A stretch of DNA of 64,000 nt from Thermoanaerobaculia bacterium (GTDB lineage: Bacteria > Acidobacteriota > Thermoanaerobaculia > Gp7-AA8). Location: contig DASVLC010000138.1 in assembly GCA_036385045.1 (NCBI GenBank), positions 2,566 to 66,565 of the forward strand, read 5' to 3'. Position 1 is the stretch's first letter; each line of letters begins with the position of its first letter. The notes under the pieces were generated by a model. The model made no database searches. It had not been told where the DNA came from and saw nothing but the letters and a program-made list of their open reading frames with translations. Position numbers and translations under genes: made by a program. This document shows, piece by piece, positions 1 through 8,983 of this stretch.

Positions 1-953
1 AGATCGCGCAGCCGGCCCTGATTCACTTCGACGACGAGCGCGGAGATGACGACCTGCCGTCCCGGCAGATCGATGTCGCGCTCGATGACGGTCATGAGAC
101 GCTCGAGCGAATCGGGGTCGGAGCGGTCCCATGCGATCAGCAGCCGCTGCGGAGGATCACTCGAGGTGACGTTGTGGAGGAATGTCCCGCCGATGTCCGG
201 GATCGGCTGCCGGGCAACTCCGAACCCCGGTTGCGGGGGCGGCATTGCAGCACCAAATGCACCAGTACCCGACTCCGGCTTCGGATCCATCAGACTCGTT
301 TTGGCCGCGTCGACCATCTTGATCACGACGGGAAGTCGATCCATCGGAGCGTTCGGGCTGAAGAGGGTATCGAATGGGGACTCGCCCTTTTGCGCCATGT
401 ATTCGATGACGGAGTAACCGAGGGCTTTCAGCACCGCGAGCACCCGGTCGGTCTGGACGTGGCTCAACTGAACGGTTCGGGTGGCGATATCGCGAGCTAC
501 GGGCCCGCCTGCGGGTACCGGAGCCGTTTGCAGGCGCTGGGACCACTGCTGCAGGTTCATCTCGGCACGATTGAGGTCGGCGTTCGGCAGCCGATCATTT
601 CCAGTGAGAGTGAGCCCTTCGCCACGGATGACAAAGTCGCCGGCAGGATTCCGCACGGCGTACAGTTCGATGGTCATCGGATGCCCGGCGGACGACGAGC
701 GGCTCAGGTAGCGCGCTGCCTCCACCCGCTGGAGAAGCGACGAGCGCCACTGAAACCGGGGATCGGCGCCCTCCCTGTAATCCATGGCGGTAACGAGCTC
801 CAGCACTGCCTCGTCGAGCAGTTTCTCGATGGTCGCCGTCGACCGGATCGGCGTCTCGAGAATGAATGCGGTAGGCAAAGGCTCGGCACTCACCTGACCG
901 CCCTGACAGAGCATCAGAAGTAACAACACAGCAGTACCGAACCGATGACCCAT
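1..953 (-). CDS. Secretin family protein (type II/III secretion or pilus secretin), N-terminal ~317 codons; 3' end lies beyond window start
   Basis: Minus-strand frame is open from ATG at 951-953 to position 1. It is absent from the ORF track because it has no stop in the window. GGGAGAG SD-like motif just upstream. Signal peptide MGHRFGTAVLLLLMLCQGGQVSA. Secretin N-domain-like VQLSHVQTDRVLAVLKALGYSV and onset of secretin core GRQVVISALVVEVNQ. Confidence 0.7.
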   Translation of the reverse strand, partial: MGHRFGTAVLLLLMLCQGGQVSAEPLPTAFILETPIRSTATIEKLLDEAVLELVTAMDYREGADPRFQWRSSLLQRVEAARYLSRSSSAGHPMTIELYAVRNPAGDFVIRGEGLTLTGNDRLPNADLNRAEMNLQQWSQRLQTAPVPAGGPVARDIATRTVQLSHVQTDRVLAVLKALGYSVIEYMAQKGESPFDTLFSPNAPMDRLPVVIKMVDAAKTSLMDPKPESGTGAFGAAMPPPQPGFGVARQPIPDIGGTFLHNVTSSDPPQRLLIAWDRSDPDSLERLMTVIERDIDLPGRQVVISALVVEVNQGRLRD

Positions 954-973
954 CACTCTCCCTATGACTGTCT

Positions 974-1384
974 TCAGTGGATTTGCGACCGCAGCCTACC
1001 GCACAGCGTCTTGATGATGCTCAGAGAGGCGTGAAAGTGCCGGGCCAGAATCTCGTGAAAGTCGCGCTGGCCGATTCGCAACAGAAGGCAGTCATCGTGT
1101 GCAATCGCGGAGGCGGCTCGAGGCTCTCCGTCCAGGATGCTCATTTCACCGAAATAGTTCTTCGGTCCCAGAAGAGCGATCTGCTGGTCGCCTCTCACGA
1201 TGGCAACATGGCCGTCCGCGATGAGAAACATCGCGTCACCGTAGTCGCCTTCGGTGACGATCTTCGAGCCGGCCGAATAGATCACTTCTTCAGTAACCGC
1301 CGCCACGCGTCCCAGCTCTTTCGATGCGAGCGAGGAGAACAGCGGAACGTTGCGTAGAAACAGGAGCTTCTCGACCGTGATCAT
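974..1384 (-). CDS. Stand-alone cyclic nucleotide-binding (CAP/PKA effector-type) domain protein, 136 aa
   Basis: Start taken at MITVEKLLFLRNVPLF (ATG 1382-1384); the Arg-rich N-terminal extension in the ORF track is ignored. Beta-roll motif FGEMSILDGEPRAASAIA. No HTH or catalytic domain. ATG overlaps the upstream stop (TGATG). Confidence 0.8.
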   Translation of the reverse strand: MITVEKLLFLRNVPLFSSLASKELGRVAAVTEEVIYSAGSKIVTEGDYGDAMFLIADGHVAIVRGDQQIALLGPKNYFGEMSILDGEPRAASAIAHDDCLLLRIGQRDFHEILARHFHASLSIIKTLCGRLRSQIH

Positions 1385-4164
1385 CAGGCGACCTCTGAAC
1401 TGAATTTCTGCATGACCGACGCAGCATAACGCCGGACGTTGATGTCCGGGTCGTCCGCCAGCGCCGCACATCCCTCTCGAACGTCCGACTCGTCGCCGAT
1501 GCGGCACAGGGCATACAAAGCCGTCTCACGGACCGCGGGCCTCGGATCTTCGAGCAGTGCGCGAACGGCCGGCAGCGCCGACACAATCTTCGACTCCGCG
1601 CCGAGAAAGGCCGCTCCCGCGGTCATCCACTCGGAGTTCCTCGTTCCCAGCAGCCCGGGAAGCTGCTCATCGGCGACCGCGGCAGCGTCTGCGCCGCGCC
1701 GCCTCTCCAGCAGCTGCAACAACGGTCCCTTGACCCGCTCGTCGAGCAGATTATCGAGGACCTCGATCGCCTCGGCGCGCTTCTCTCCGCTCTTGTCGTT
1801 GAGACTGAAAAGAATCGACCGGCCGTTGATCTCGGGATGCTGCGCTTCGAGGAGCAGCAGGACCTCGATGACGTACTGGTCGTGTTCTTCGCGCAGCGCG
1901 CTGCAGACGAGCGATGAGCCTTCCCGGTTCGCAAGCTGCTCTTCGAGCGCGGCCCGCGCGCTCGCTTCACTGACGGACCCGATGATGGCCTCGTTGAGCT
2001 GCGCGACATGACCCGCCGGAACACCGACCCTGCGCGCCAGAGTGCAGTATGCCTGTGCTGCCTCCCCACGCATCTCCTGGCTTCGAGCAGTGAGAAGGGG
2101 TAGCAGCATCTCGAGGCCCTCGGGATCGCCGATGCGCGCGAGAATCGCCGGAACTCGGACGACCTCAGGATCGATATCCTCGTCGAGCCCTTTCTGAAGC
2201 ATCGAGGCAGCAACCGGCAGAAACTCCTCCCCGCAGGCAACCAGTGCATCTGCCGCCGCATATCCTGTATCCGGATCGGGCAGAAGCGTGGCGATGACCG
2301 GCATCAACTCCCGGCTCCGTCGGGCCCCACAGGCCTGCAGCGCCGCAAGCCGGACGTTCGCGTTGGAGTCACCGATCAGGAGTGACAGCGGCCGGGCCAG
2401 CCCCTGGTGCTCGACCATCGCCAGCGTGTCCGCGGCTGCGGCCCGAAGCGCCTCATCCGGCGACTCGAGCATGAGCTTGAGACTGAAGCAGGCCGCCAGA
2501 AGGTCGTCGATATCGCCGACACGGATGACCTCGGCCGTGGCAGACGCTCTGACGCCCGGATCCGCCTCGTCGATCAGGGGACGGAGCGCGGCCGCATGGG
2601 CCGAGCCGCCGAGCCTGCCGACCGCCTTCACCGCGGCGGACCGCACGCCTGGATCGGGATCTTCGAGGTACGAAATCATCGAATCGAGATCCTTCTGATT
2701 CCCGTGCTCCCGCAGGTAGTCGAGCGCCTCCGCACGAACGGTCGCTGACTCACGGCTCAGCAGACCGCGGTACTCATCGGACCAGTCGACGTCCTTCATC
2801 TCGGCAATCACACCGAGCAGGTACGGGACCTCTTCGTCGCTGGCGGTCTTCAAAGACTCGCGGAAGTGTGTCTCCAGCACGCGATCCTGATAGCCGCTCT
2901 GTTCACTCTCGAGATCGAAGCGGCGCGCGCCGATCGAGTCGAGCAGCCCGGCAACATAGGATTTATAGCTTCGGAAGGCGAGCACCATCCAGACGACCGC
3001 AAGAATCACGATTCCCACCGAGAGGAATCGCAGCGACGCCCCTCCGATCACGGCCAGCAACAGACCGGCGAGCGCGATGGTGACCGGACGAAGCGTCCCT
3101 TCGATCAGCGCGCGAACTCTCCCGCGCGACTGCTTTCGAACGCCGAGATAGAGCAACTGCAACGCCGCAGCATTGATCGTGAAGTCGAAGAGGGAGTCGA
3201 GAAACTTCGCTGCGACGACCCAGCCGAAGCCGCCCGTCAGCGCTATACCGATTCCGACGAGTGCCAGTGACGCCGGCAGCACGATCAGCGCGACACTCAC
3301 GCCGCCCTTCTTCAGAATCAAGTGGACGAGGAAGAGCTGAAATACCAGAGCCGTGATGCTCGTGGCCGAGTAAAACGTCCCGAAAAAGGCGGCAAGTGCG
3401 TCGCCCTCGTAGTTGGCTCGCGCCGAGACTTTGAAGACATAGTCGACGATCAGAAGGGTGGCCGTCGCCACGATCGCCAGCCACGCCATGTTCCGCGGGT
3501 GAATCGTCCCGAACAGCGTCTTGTAGTGACCGAATGCGCCAGCCTGCTTCTGCTCGCGATGAGGCATGCTGGCCGACCTGCTCCCGTCCGCCGCGACGAG
3601 GCGCGCTACCGCGACGGAGAAGACCGCGAGCAGTCCCGCGACGAGGAGCAACAGGTCTTCCGTCGTGAACACCCGTGCAAACGGCCTGATGGTCGCCCCC
3701 GCGATGGCGCATGCAAGAGTGCCGGCAGCCCCGACGAGAACGAAGAGCCGCTTCCCTTCCCTCGCATTGAACAGCAGCGCTGCTACACCCCAGAACAGCA
3801 GGACCGGCAGCCGGGCGAGCACCTCGCTCGCCAGATAGATCACGACTGCCATCGGCCGCCAGTTGCTCAACGCGAAAAGCCAGAGCAGCACAGCGGTCGC
3901 GGCGCCGGCAGCACCGGCGAGAATCGCAACGCGGGCAGGAGAGAACCTGTCGAGCATCCGTCCCACCGACAGTGCAGTCACTGTGAGCAGCACCGCACCG
4001 AAGATGTACATCCAGGCGATCAGGCCGGGCTCATAGCTCGAAAGGAACAGCGTCGCCGCTGCAGTGCGGATCGTGATGCCGGCCGCAGCGGCGCACATGA
4101 ACGCCACGCATGCGTAGAACACACGCGAGCGCTCCTCCGGGAGGACGTTCGGGAACGGCCACAA
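1384..4164 (-). CDS. Fusion protein: N-terminal polytopic MFS/ATP:ADP-antiporter (TLC)-like transporter domain plus C-terminal HEAT (PBS-lyase type) repeat domain
   Basis: 926-aa ORF with a TTG start at 4164; AAGGAG lies ~15 nt upstream and the exact start is uncertain. The first ~430 aa form about 11-12 hydrophobic helices. The rest carries repeated HEAT motifs (DPDPGVRSAAVKAVGRLG, DSNANVRLAALQACG, DPRPAVRETALYALCRIG, DPDINVRRYAASVM). Confidence 0.7.
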   Translation of the reverse strand: MWPFPNVLPEERSRVFYACVAFMCAAAAGITIRTAAATLFLSSYEPGLIAWMYIFGAVLLTVTALSVGRMLDRFSPARVAILAGAAGAATAVLLWLFALSNWRPMAVVIYLASEVLARLPVLLFWGVAALLFNAREGKRLFVLVGAAGTLACAIAGATIRPFARVFTTEDLLLLVAGLLAVFSVAVARLVAADGSRSASMPHREQKQAGAFGHYKTLFGTIHPRNMAWLAIVATATLLIVDYVFKVSARANYEGDALAAFFGTFYSATSITALVFQLFLVHLILKKGGVSVALIVLPASLALVGIGIALTGGFGWVVAAKFLDSLFDFTINAAALQLLYLGVRKQSRGRVRALIEGTLRPVTIALAGLLLAVIGGASLRFLSVGIVILAVVWMVLAFRSYKSYVAGLLDSIGARRFDLESEQSGYQDRVLETHFRESLKTASDEEVPYLLGVIAEMKDVDWSDEYRGLLSRESATVRAEALDYLREHGNQKDLDSMISYLEDPDPGVRSAAVKAVGRLGGSAHAAALRPLIDEADPGVRASATAEVIRVGDIDDLLAACFSLKLMLESPDEALRAAAADTLAMVEHQGLARPLSLLIGDSNANVRLAALQACGARRSRELMPVIATLLPDPDTGYAAADALVACGEEFLPVAASMLQKGLDEDIDPEVVRVPAILARIGDPEGLEMLLPLLTARSQEMRGEAAQAYCTLARRVGVPAGHVAQLNEAIIGSVSEASARAALEEQLANREGSSLVCSALREEHDQYVIEVLLLLEAQHPEINGRSILFSLNDKSGEKRAEAIEVLDNLLDERVKGPLLQLLERRRGADAAAVADEQLPGLLGTRNSEWMTAGAAFLGAESKIVSALPAVRALLEDPRPAVRETALYALCRIGDESDVREGCAALADDPDINVRRYAASVMQKFSSEVA

Positions 4165-4292
4165 CGATCGCAGGGAAGGCTCCTTTTAGTCTCATGGTAG
4201 CAAACAGTTCCGGTCGTCTGGCACGGCAATCAACCGGACCGGGCAAACCTTTCGTCATTCTCTTCGTACATTCACCGTCAGGAGAGATCCGC

Positions 4293-5396
4293 ATGTCGAG
4301 ACTCACAAAACTGCTCATTTTCCTTGTCGTTGCTGCTCTCGGTACCGTCGGCGTCTACGCCGTGGTCCGGAACGGAAGCAAGGGCGATGGTGGATTCAAG
4401 CAGGTCGAGGTGACCGAAGGGACGATCGTCGAAAAAGCTGTGGCGGTCGGACAGATTCAGCCTCGCCAGAAATTTCAGGTGAAATCGAAGATCTCCGGGA
4501 TCGTCCGTCGAGCCCTCGTAGAGGTCGGCGATACCGTCAAGGCAGGAGACCCGCTCTTCGAGATCGCGCCAACGCCGACGCCGCTGGAGGCGACGGAAGT
4601 CGACCGGCGTGTCGAGTCGGCCGAGGCTTCATTCCGCCGCGCGGAAGGCGACTACCAGCGCGCGATGGAACTGTCGCGCTCGGGCGTGCTGCCGAGTTCC
4701 GAAGTCGAGGCAAAGAAGGAATCCTTCGAGCTCACCCGAGTCGCCCTCCAGAAGGCCCGGCAGGATCGGGAGCTCGTCCGCCGCGGCTCTCTCACGACCG
4801 GAAGCGGAAAGGAATCGATCATTCGCGCGCCGGCGGCCGGGACGATCCTTGCCCGTCTCGTCAATGAAGGCGATCCGATCGTTCCTCTCACCTCCTATCA
4901 ACCTGGAACCGAGATGGCGACGATCGCCGACATGTCTGACCTCCTGTTCAAGGGAACCGTCGACGAGATCGACGTCGGGAAACTCGCGGCCGGAATGGAA
5001 GCACGCATCAAGGTCGGCGCCTTACCGACGGACGTAGTGACCGGGAAGGTCGCGCGCATCGCACCACAGGCGCAGCAGAAAGAGGGGGCAACCCTCTTCG
5101 ATATCGAGATCGAGCTCGACCCGAGCCAGTCGATCGTGCTTCGGGCCGGCTACTCCGCGAATGCCGACGTCATCATCCGCGAGAAAAAGGATGTCCTCGT
5201 GCTCCCCGAGCGACTCGTCGCCTTCGAGGATGGCGGCAAGAAGACCTTCGTCGAGCTTCCGGGCGGTGACCCGAAAGACGAACCGAAGAAGGTCGAAGTG
5301 AAGACGGGTATCTCCGACGGTCTCAATGTCGAGATCCTCTCCGGCCTCGACAAGGGTCAGAAGGTAGTCGAGAGGCCTCCGAAAGAGATTTCCTGA
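4293..5396 (+). CDS. Efflux transporter periplasmic adaptor subunit (HlyD/MacA-type membrane fusion protein)
   Basis: ATG at 4293 preceded by GGAGAG (4281-4286). N-terminal TM anchor LTKLLIFLVVAALGTVGVYAVV. Lipoyl-like motif GDTVKAGDPLFEI, coiled-coil segment and beta-barrel C-terminus. First gene of a four-gene pump operon. Confidence 0.85.
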   Translation: MSRLTKLLIFLVVAALGTVGVYAVVRNGSKGDGGFKQVEVTEGTIVEKAVAVGQIQPRQKFQVKSKISGIVRRALVEVGDTVKAGDPLFEIAPTPTPLEATEVDRRVESAEASFRRAEGDYQRAMELSRSGVLPSSEVEAKKESFELTRVALQKARQDRELVRRGSLTTGSGKESIIRAPAAGTILARLVNEGDPIVPLTSYQPGTEMATIADMSDLLFKGTVDEIDVGKLAAGMEARIKVGALPTDVVTGKVARIAPQAQQKEGATLFDIEIELDPSQSIVLRAGYSANADVIIREKKDVLVLPERLVAFEDGGKKTFVELPGGDPKDEPKKVEVKTGISDGLNVEILSGLDKGQKVVERPPKEIS

Positions 5397-5441
5397 CCTG
5401 AAGTCTGACGACCGAATAGACAGCACCCGCGAGTCAATAGC

Positions 5442-6671
5442 GTGATCACTCTCAAAGACGTCCTCCGCCAGCTCTTCCGCGACATTCGCACGGAAAAGCT
5501 TCGTACGTTCCTCACGGTCTTTGGCATCGTGTGGGGAACGGTGGCGATCAGTCTGATGCTGGCGTTTGGGACAGGCCTGCACAAGCAGTTGATCAAGAAT
5601 ACGGCGGGACTGGGAGATCGAATCGTGATCGCCTGGCCGGGCCTGACCTCGATCCCCTACGAGGGTCTCGGCAAGGGACGCCGGCTGCGGGTGACCGAGG
5701 AGGACATCACCGCGGTGCGCGCCGAGGTTCCGGGACTGCGCCGGATCTCGGGCGAGTACATGCGGTCGATGCGCGTGGTTTACGGCACGAAGACGTTGCC
5801 GGTCGACATCTCGGGCGTCACCGCAGAATTCGGTGAGATGAGAAATCTGATCCCCGATGCTGGCGGGCGTTTCATCAACCCGATCGACGATGCAGACCAG
5901 CGCCGCGTGATCTTTCTCGGCGACCAGTTGAAGGAGAACATCTTCGGGAAGAGCGACGCGGTCGGAAACGTCGTTCTCGTCGAACAGTCGCCATTCCTCG
6001 TCGTCGGCGTCCTGAAGAAGAAGCCGCAGGACTCGTCTTACAGCGGCCGCGATACCGAGAAGGCATTCATCCCCTCTTCGACTCACCGGTCGCTCACTGG
6101 ACAAAAGTACGTCAACAACATCGTGCTGCAGGCCACGGCGCCTGACGGCACCAAAGAAACAATCGAGCAGGTTCGCACCGCCTTCAGCAAACGTCTCCGC
6201 TTCGACTCGACCGACAAGGAAGCGCTGTCGATCTGGGACACCACCGAACAGTTCGAGTTCTTCGACATCTTCATGCTCTCGTTCAATGCGTTCCTCGGCA
6301 TCGTCGGAGTCCTCACTCTCGTTGTAGGCGGCATCGGCGTTTCGAACATCATGAACGTCATCGTCGAGGAGCGGACCCGGGAAATCGGGATCAAGATGGC
6401 CCTTGGCGCCAAACAGCGGTGGATCCTCACCCAGTTTCTCCTCGAGACCATGATGGTGACGATGCTCGGAGGAGCCATCGGATTCCTCATCTCATTCGGA
6501 ATCTGCGCTGTTTTCCCCGAGCAGTTCGTCGAGTACGTGGGACGACCCGAAGTCTCCCCGCTCGTCGCAAGCCTGACGGCGGCGGCGCTCGGAATCGTGG
6601 GACTGCTCGCCGGCTACTTCCCTGCGCGGGATGCGTCCAGACTCGATCCGGTCGTAGCGATGAAGTTGTGA
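5442..6671 (+). CDS. ABC transporter permease, MacB/FtsX family (paralog 1)
   Basis: GTG start. N-terminal TM helix, large periplasmic domain and a C-terminal FtsX 3-TM bundle (ERTREIGIKMALGA, YFPARDASRLDPVVAMK). Confidence 0.85.
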   Translation: MITLKDVLRQLFRDIRTEKLRTFLTVFGIVWGTVAISLMLAFGTGLHKQLIKNTAGLGDRIVIAWPGLTSIPYEGLGKGRRLRVTEEDITAVRAEVPGLRRISGEYMRSMRVVYGTKTLPVDISGVTAEFGEMRNLIPDAGGRFINPIDDADQRRVIFLGDQLKENIFGKSDAVGNVVLVEQSPFLVVGVLKKKPQDSSYSGRDTEKAFIPSSTHRSLTGQKYVNNIVLQATAPDGTKETIEQVRTAFSKRLRFDSTDKEALSIWDTTEQFEFFDIFMLSFNAFLGIVGVLTLVVGGIGVSNIMNVIVEERTREIGIKMALGAKQRWILTQFLLETMMVTMLGGAIGFLISFGICAVFPEQFVEYVGRPEVSPLVASLTAAALGIVGLLAGYFPARDASRLDPVVAMKL

Positions 6672-6709
6672 CCATCATCCGATAACGGCGAGACAAAGAG
6701 CCAGCAACG

Positions 6710-7966
6710 ATGAAAACCGACCTGCACGTCATCTTCTCCCTCTTCGCGAGCGCGAGTCAGCTTCAGAAGAAGCGGGCGTATCTGACGATTGCGTCCATCG
6801 CCTGGGGCACGGTTGCGATCCTTCTTCTCCTCGCATTTGGAGAGGGTCTGAAGCTGCAGCTCGACAAGAACCGCAGGTCGATGGGAGAGAACATCGCGGT
6901 CATCTGGCCCGGCCAGACGACCAAAGCGTGGAAGGGACTGCCTCCCGGCCGGCCCATCCGTCCGGTGATCGACGATATCGACTACATCCGGACCAGGATG
7001 CCGGAGCTGAAATCGGTCGTCGGTGAGGTCGTATCGTTTCGGACCGCACTCGCCTGGGAGGGGAAGACGGTGAACGGCCGGGTGAACGGCGTGAGCTGGG
7101 AGTTCGGCGAGTCCCGCAAGCAGTTCCCGCAGGCAGGCGGCCGCTGGCTCAGCCCTGAAGACGAGGCCCAGCGCCGGCGTGTCGTGTTCCTCGGCGACGA
7201 ACTGGCGGCAGATATCTTCGGCAAGACTGACCCCGTCGGCAAGACGCTGCTGATCAACAACGCTCCCTACGTCGTCATTGGTGTGATGCAGAAGAAAACC
7301 CAGATGGGCAGCTATCAGGGGCCTGACGGGAATCGTGCCTGCATCCCGCTCTCCACCGCCCGGGCACAGTTCGGCCGCGAGCGGCTCAGCAACCTCCTGC
7401 TCGAGACGCATGAGCCGCAGCAGATGGGCGCTGCACTCAAGAAGTTCAACGAGATCATGGGGCCGAAACTCGGCTACGACCCGACCGACGACCGGGCGAT
7501 TCGCACTTGGGATACCGTCGAGACGGCGAAGGTCACGAGCGCCATCTCGATCGGAATTCAGGTCTTTCTCGGGATCGTCGGGGCTTTGACCCTGCTCATC
7601 GGCGGTGTCGGCGTCGCGAACATCATGTTCGCCGTCATCAAGGAACGCACCAAGGAGATCGGTGTGAAGATGGCCCTCGGGGCGAAGGCGAAGTGGATCA
7701 TCTGGCCCTTCGTTCTCGAGGCTCTCGTCTACACCTTCATCGGCGGTGCACTCGGAATCACCATCGCCACGCTCGTCGTCGTGGCCGCCACCTGGCTTCC
7801 GGTCGAGAGCAACCAGGTGATGTCGTTCCTCGGCAGACCGACGCTCTCACCACAGATCGGTGTCGCGACGTCGGCCATTCTCGGCATGATCGGCCTGCTG
7901 GCCGGCTACTTCCCCGCACGGCGCGCGGCGCGGATCGACCCGGCCTCGACTCTCAGGTACGAATAG
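6710..7966 (+). CDS. ABC transporter permease, MacB/FtsX family (paralog 2)
   Basis: Same architecture as the preceding gene (ERTKEIGVKMALGA, YFPARRAARIDPASTLR). Clearly paralogous to 5442..6671. Confidence 0.85.
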   Translation: MKTDLHVIFSLFASASQLQKKRAYLTIASIAWGTVAILLLLAFGEGLKLQLDKNRRSMGENIAVIWPGQTTKAWKGLPPGRPIRPVIDDIDYIRTRMPELKSVVGEVVSFRTALAWEGKTVNGRVNGVSWEFGESRKQFPQAGGRWLSPEDEAQRRRVVFLGDELAADIFGKTDPVGKTLLINNAPYVVIGVMQKKTQMGSYQGPDGNRACIPLSTARAQFGRERLSNLLLETHEPQQMGAALKKFNEIMGPKLGYDPTDDRAIRTWDTVETAKVTSAISIGIQVFLGIVGALTLLIGGVGVANIMFAVIKERTKEIGVKMALGAKAKWIIWPFVLEALVYTFIGGALGITIATLVVVAATWLPVESNQVMSFLGRPTLSPQIGVATSAILGMIGLLAGYFPARRAARIDPASTLRYE

Positions 7967-7974
7967 GAGACCTC

Positions 7975-8679
7975 ATGAACGCAAACGGAACCATCATTCG
8001 GATGGAAGCGATCCGCAAGATCTACGACACCGGCAAGGTGAAGGTCGAAGCGCTCAAGGGCATCGACCTCGAGGTCCTTCCGGGCGAGTTCGTCGCGATC
8101 GTAGGCCCCTCGGGTTCGGGCAAGTCGACGCTCATGAACCTTCTGGGCTGTCTCGACACGCCGACTCACGGCACGTATCAGATCGGAGGCGACAACGTCG
8201 CTGGCGTATCGCGTGACGAGCTCGCCGAGATCCGCAACCGTCGCGTCGGATTCGTCTTTCAGAACTTCAATTTGCTGCCGCACATCAGCGCTCAGGAAAA
8301 CGTCGAGCTCCCGCTCCTGTTCGGCGGCGTCTCGCCGCGGGAGCGTCGTGCGCGTGCGACCGAGGTGCTGACCCGCGTCGGCCTCGGCGATCGCATCGAC
8401 CACAAGCCGACCGAACTCTCCGGAGGACAGATGCAACGCGTCGCCATCGCACGCGCACTCGCCATGAACCCCGACATGCTCCTCGCCGACGAGCCGACCG
8501 GAAACCTCGATACGAGCTCGGGAACCGACATCATGTCGATCTTCAATGAGCTCTGGCAGAGCGGCCGCACTCTCGTGATCATCACCCACGACCCCGCCCT
8601 TGCGAAGCGCGCGAGCCGCATCGTCGAGATCCGCGACGGACGGATCACGAGCGACCGCCGCAACGACGTTGCCGCGTAG
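7975..8679 (+). CDS. ABC transporter ATP-binding protein (MacB/LolD-type NBD)
   Basis: ATG 7975 preceded by AGGAGA (7965-7970); the upstream part of ORF 7507..8679 is an out-of-context extension. Walker A GPSGSGKST, signature LSGGQMQRVAIARAL, Walker B MLLADEPTGNLD. Confidence 0.9.
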   Translation: MNANGTIIRMEAIRKIYDTGKVKVEALKGIDLEVLPGEFVAIVGPSGSGKSTLMNLLGCLDTPTHGTYQIGGDNVAGVSRDELAEIRNRRVGFVFQNFNLLPHISAQENVELPLLFGGVSPRERRARATEVLTRVGLGDRIDHKPTELSGGQMQRVAIARALAMNPDMLLADEPTGNLDTSSGTDIMSIFNELWQSGRTLVIITHDPALAKRASRIVEIRDGRITSDRRNDVAA

Positions 8680-8708
8680 CCGTTTTCGGGACTCAGCCCC
8701 TACCGTCT

Positions 8709-8983
8709 TGTAGCGCGGGCGTCCTCGCCCCCTGTAGCGCGGGCGTCCTCGCCCTGTAGCGCGGACGTCCTCGTCCGCCGTACCGCGGACGTCCTCGTCC
8801 GCAGCGGGGCGTCTCGCCCCGCGCACTCTCGCGATGAAGACGACGAGCGGAGATTAACCGAAGCGCGAGCCGCGAAAACGGACTTTCGCCGTGTATCGAC
8901 CACTGGCAGTAGTTCGCCTGGCGAGACGCCCGCCGGGCGGACAAGGACGTCCGCGGTACGGCAGGCGAGGACGCCTGCGCTAC
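8709..8983. repeat. Family A GC-rich hairpin array (two opposed arms)
   Basis: 8709-8822 holds five tandem hairpins (GCGGGCG-TCCT-CGCCC x2, GCGGACG-TCCT-CGTCCGC x2, GCGGGGC-GTCTC-GCCCCGC). 8918-8983 holds the reverse-complement type (GGCG-AGA-CGCC, GCGGAC-AAGGA-CGTCCGC, GCAGGCG-AGGA-CGCCTGC). The same module occurs at 24486-24710, 54003-54080 and 58012-58075. Confidence 0.85.

Noticed and set aside
174-923. 249-aa plus-strand ORF (and other ORFs at 46..711) at the left edge
   Set aside because: The peptide is Arg/Gly/Pro-rich with no motifs. The opposite strand carries a continuous frame with a signal peptide and secretin motifs (1..953, minus). These are shadow ORFs typical of high-GC DNA.
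7906-8826. 306-aa minus-strand ORF and 8693..9173 ORFs with RGRPRY / ADEDVRGTADEDVRAT peptide repeats
   Set aside because: The first is partly antisense to the ABC ATPase gene. The periodic peptides are simply translations of family A DNA hairpins.
8709-8983. Tandem short repeats considered as a CRISPR array
   Set aside because: The units are 20-24 bp hairpins directly abutting each other with no unique spacers of constant length. The arms are inverted relative to each other, the same module is dispersed at other loci, and no cas genes are present.
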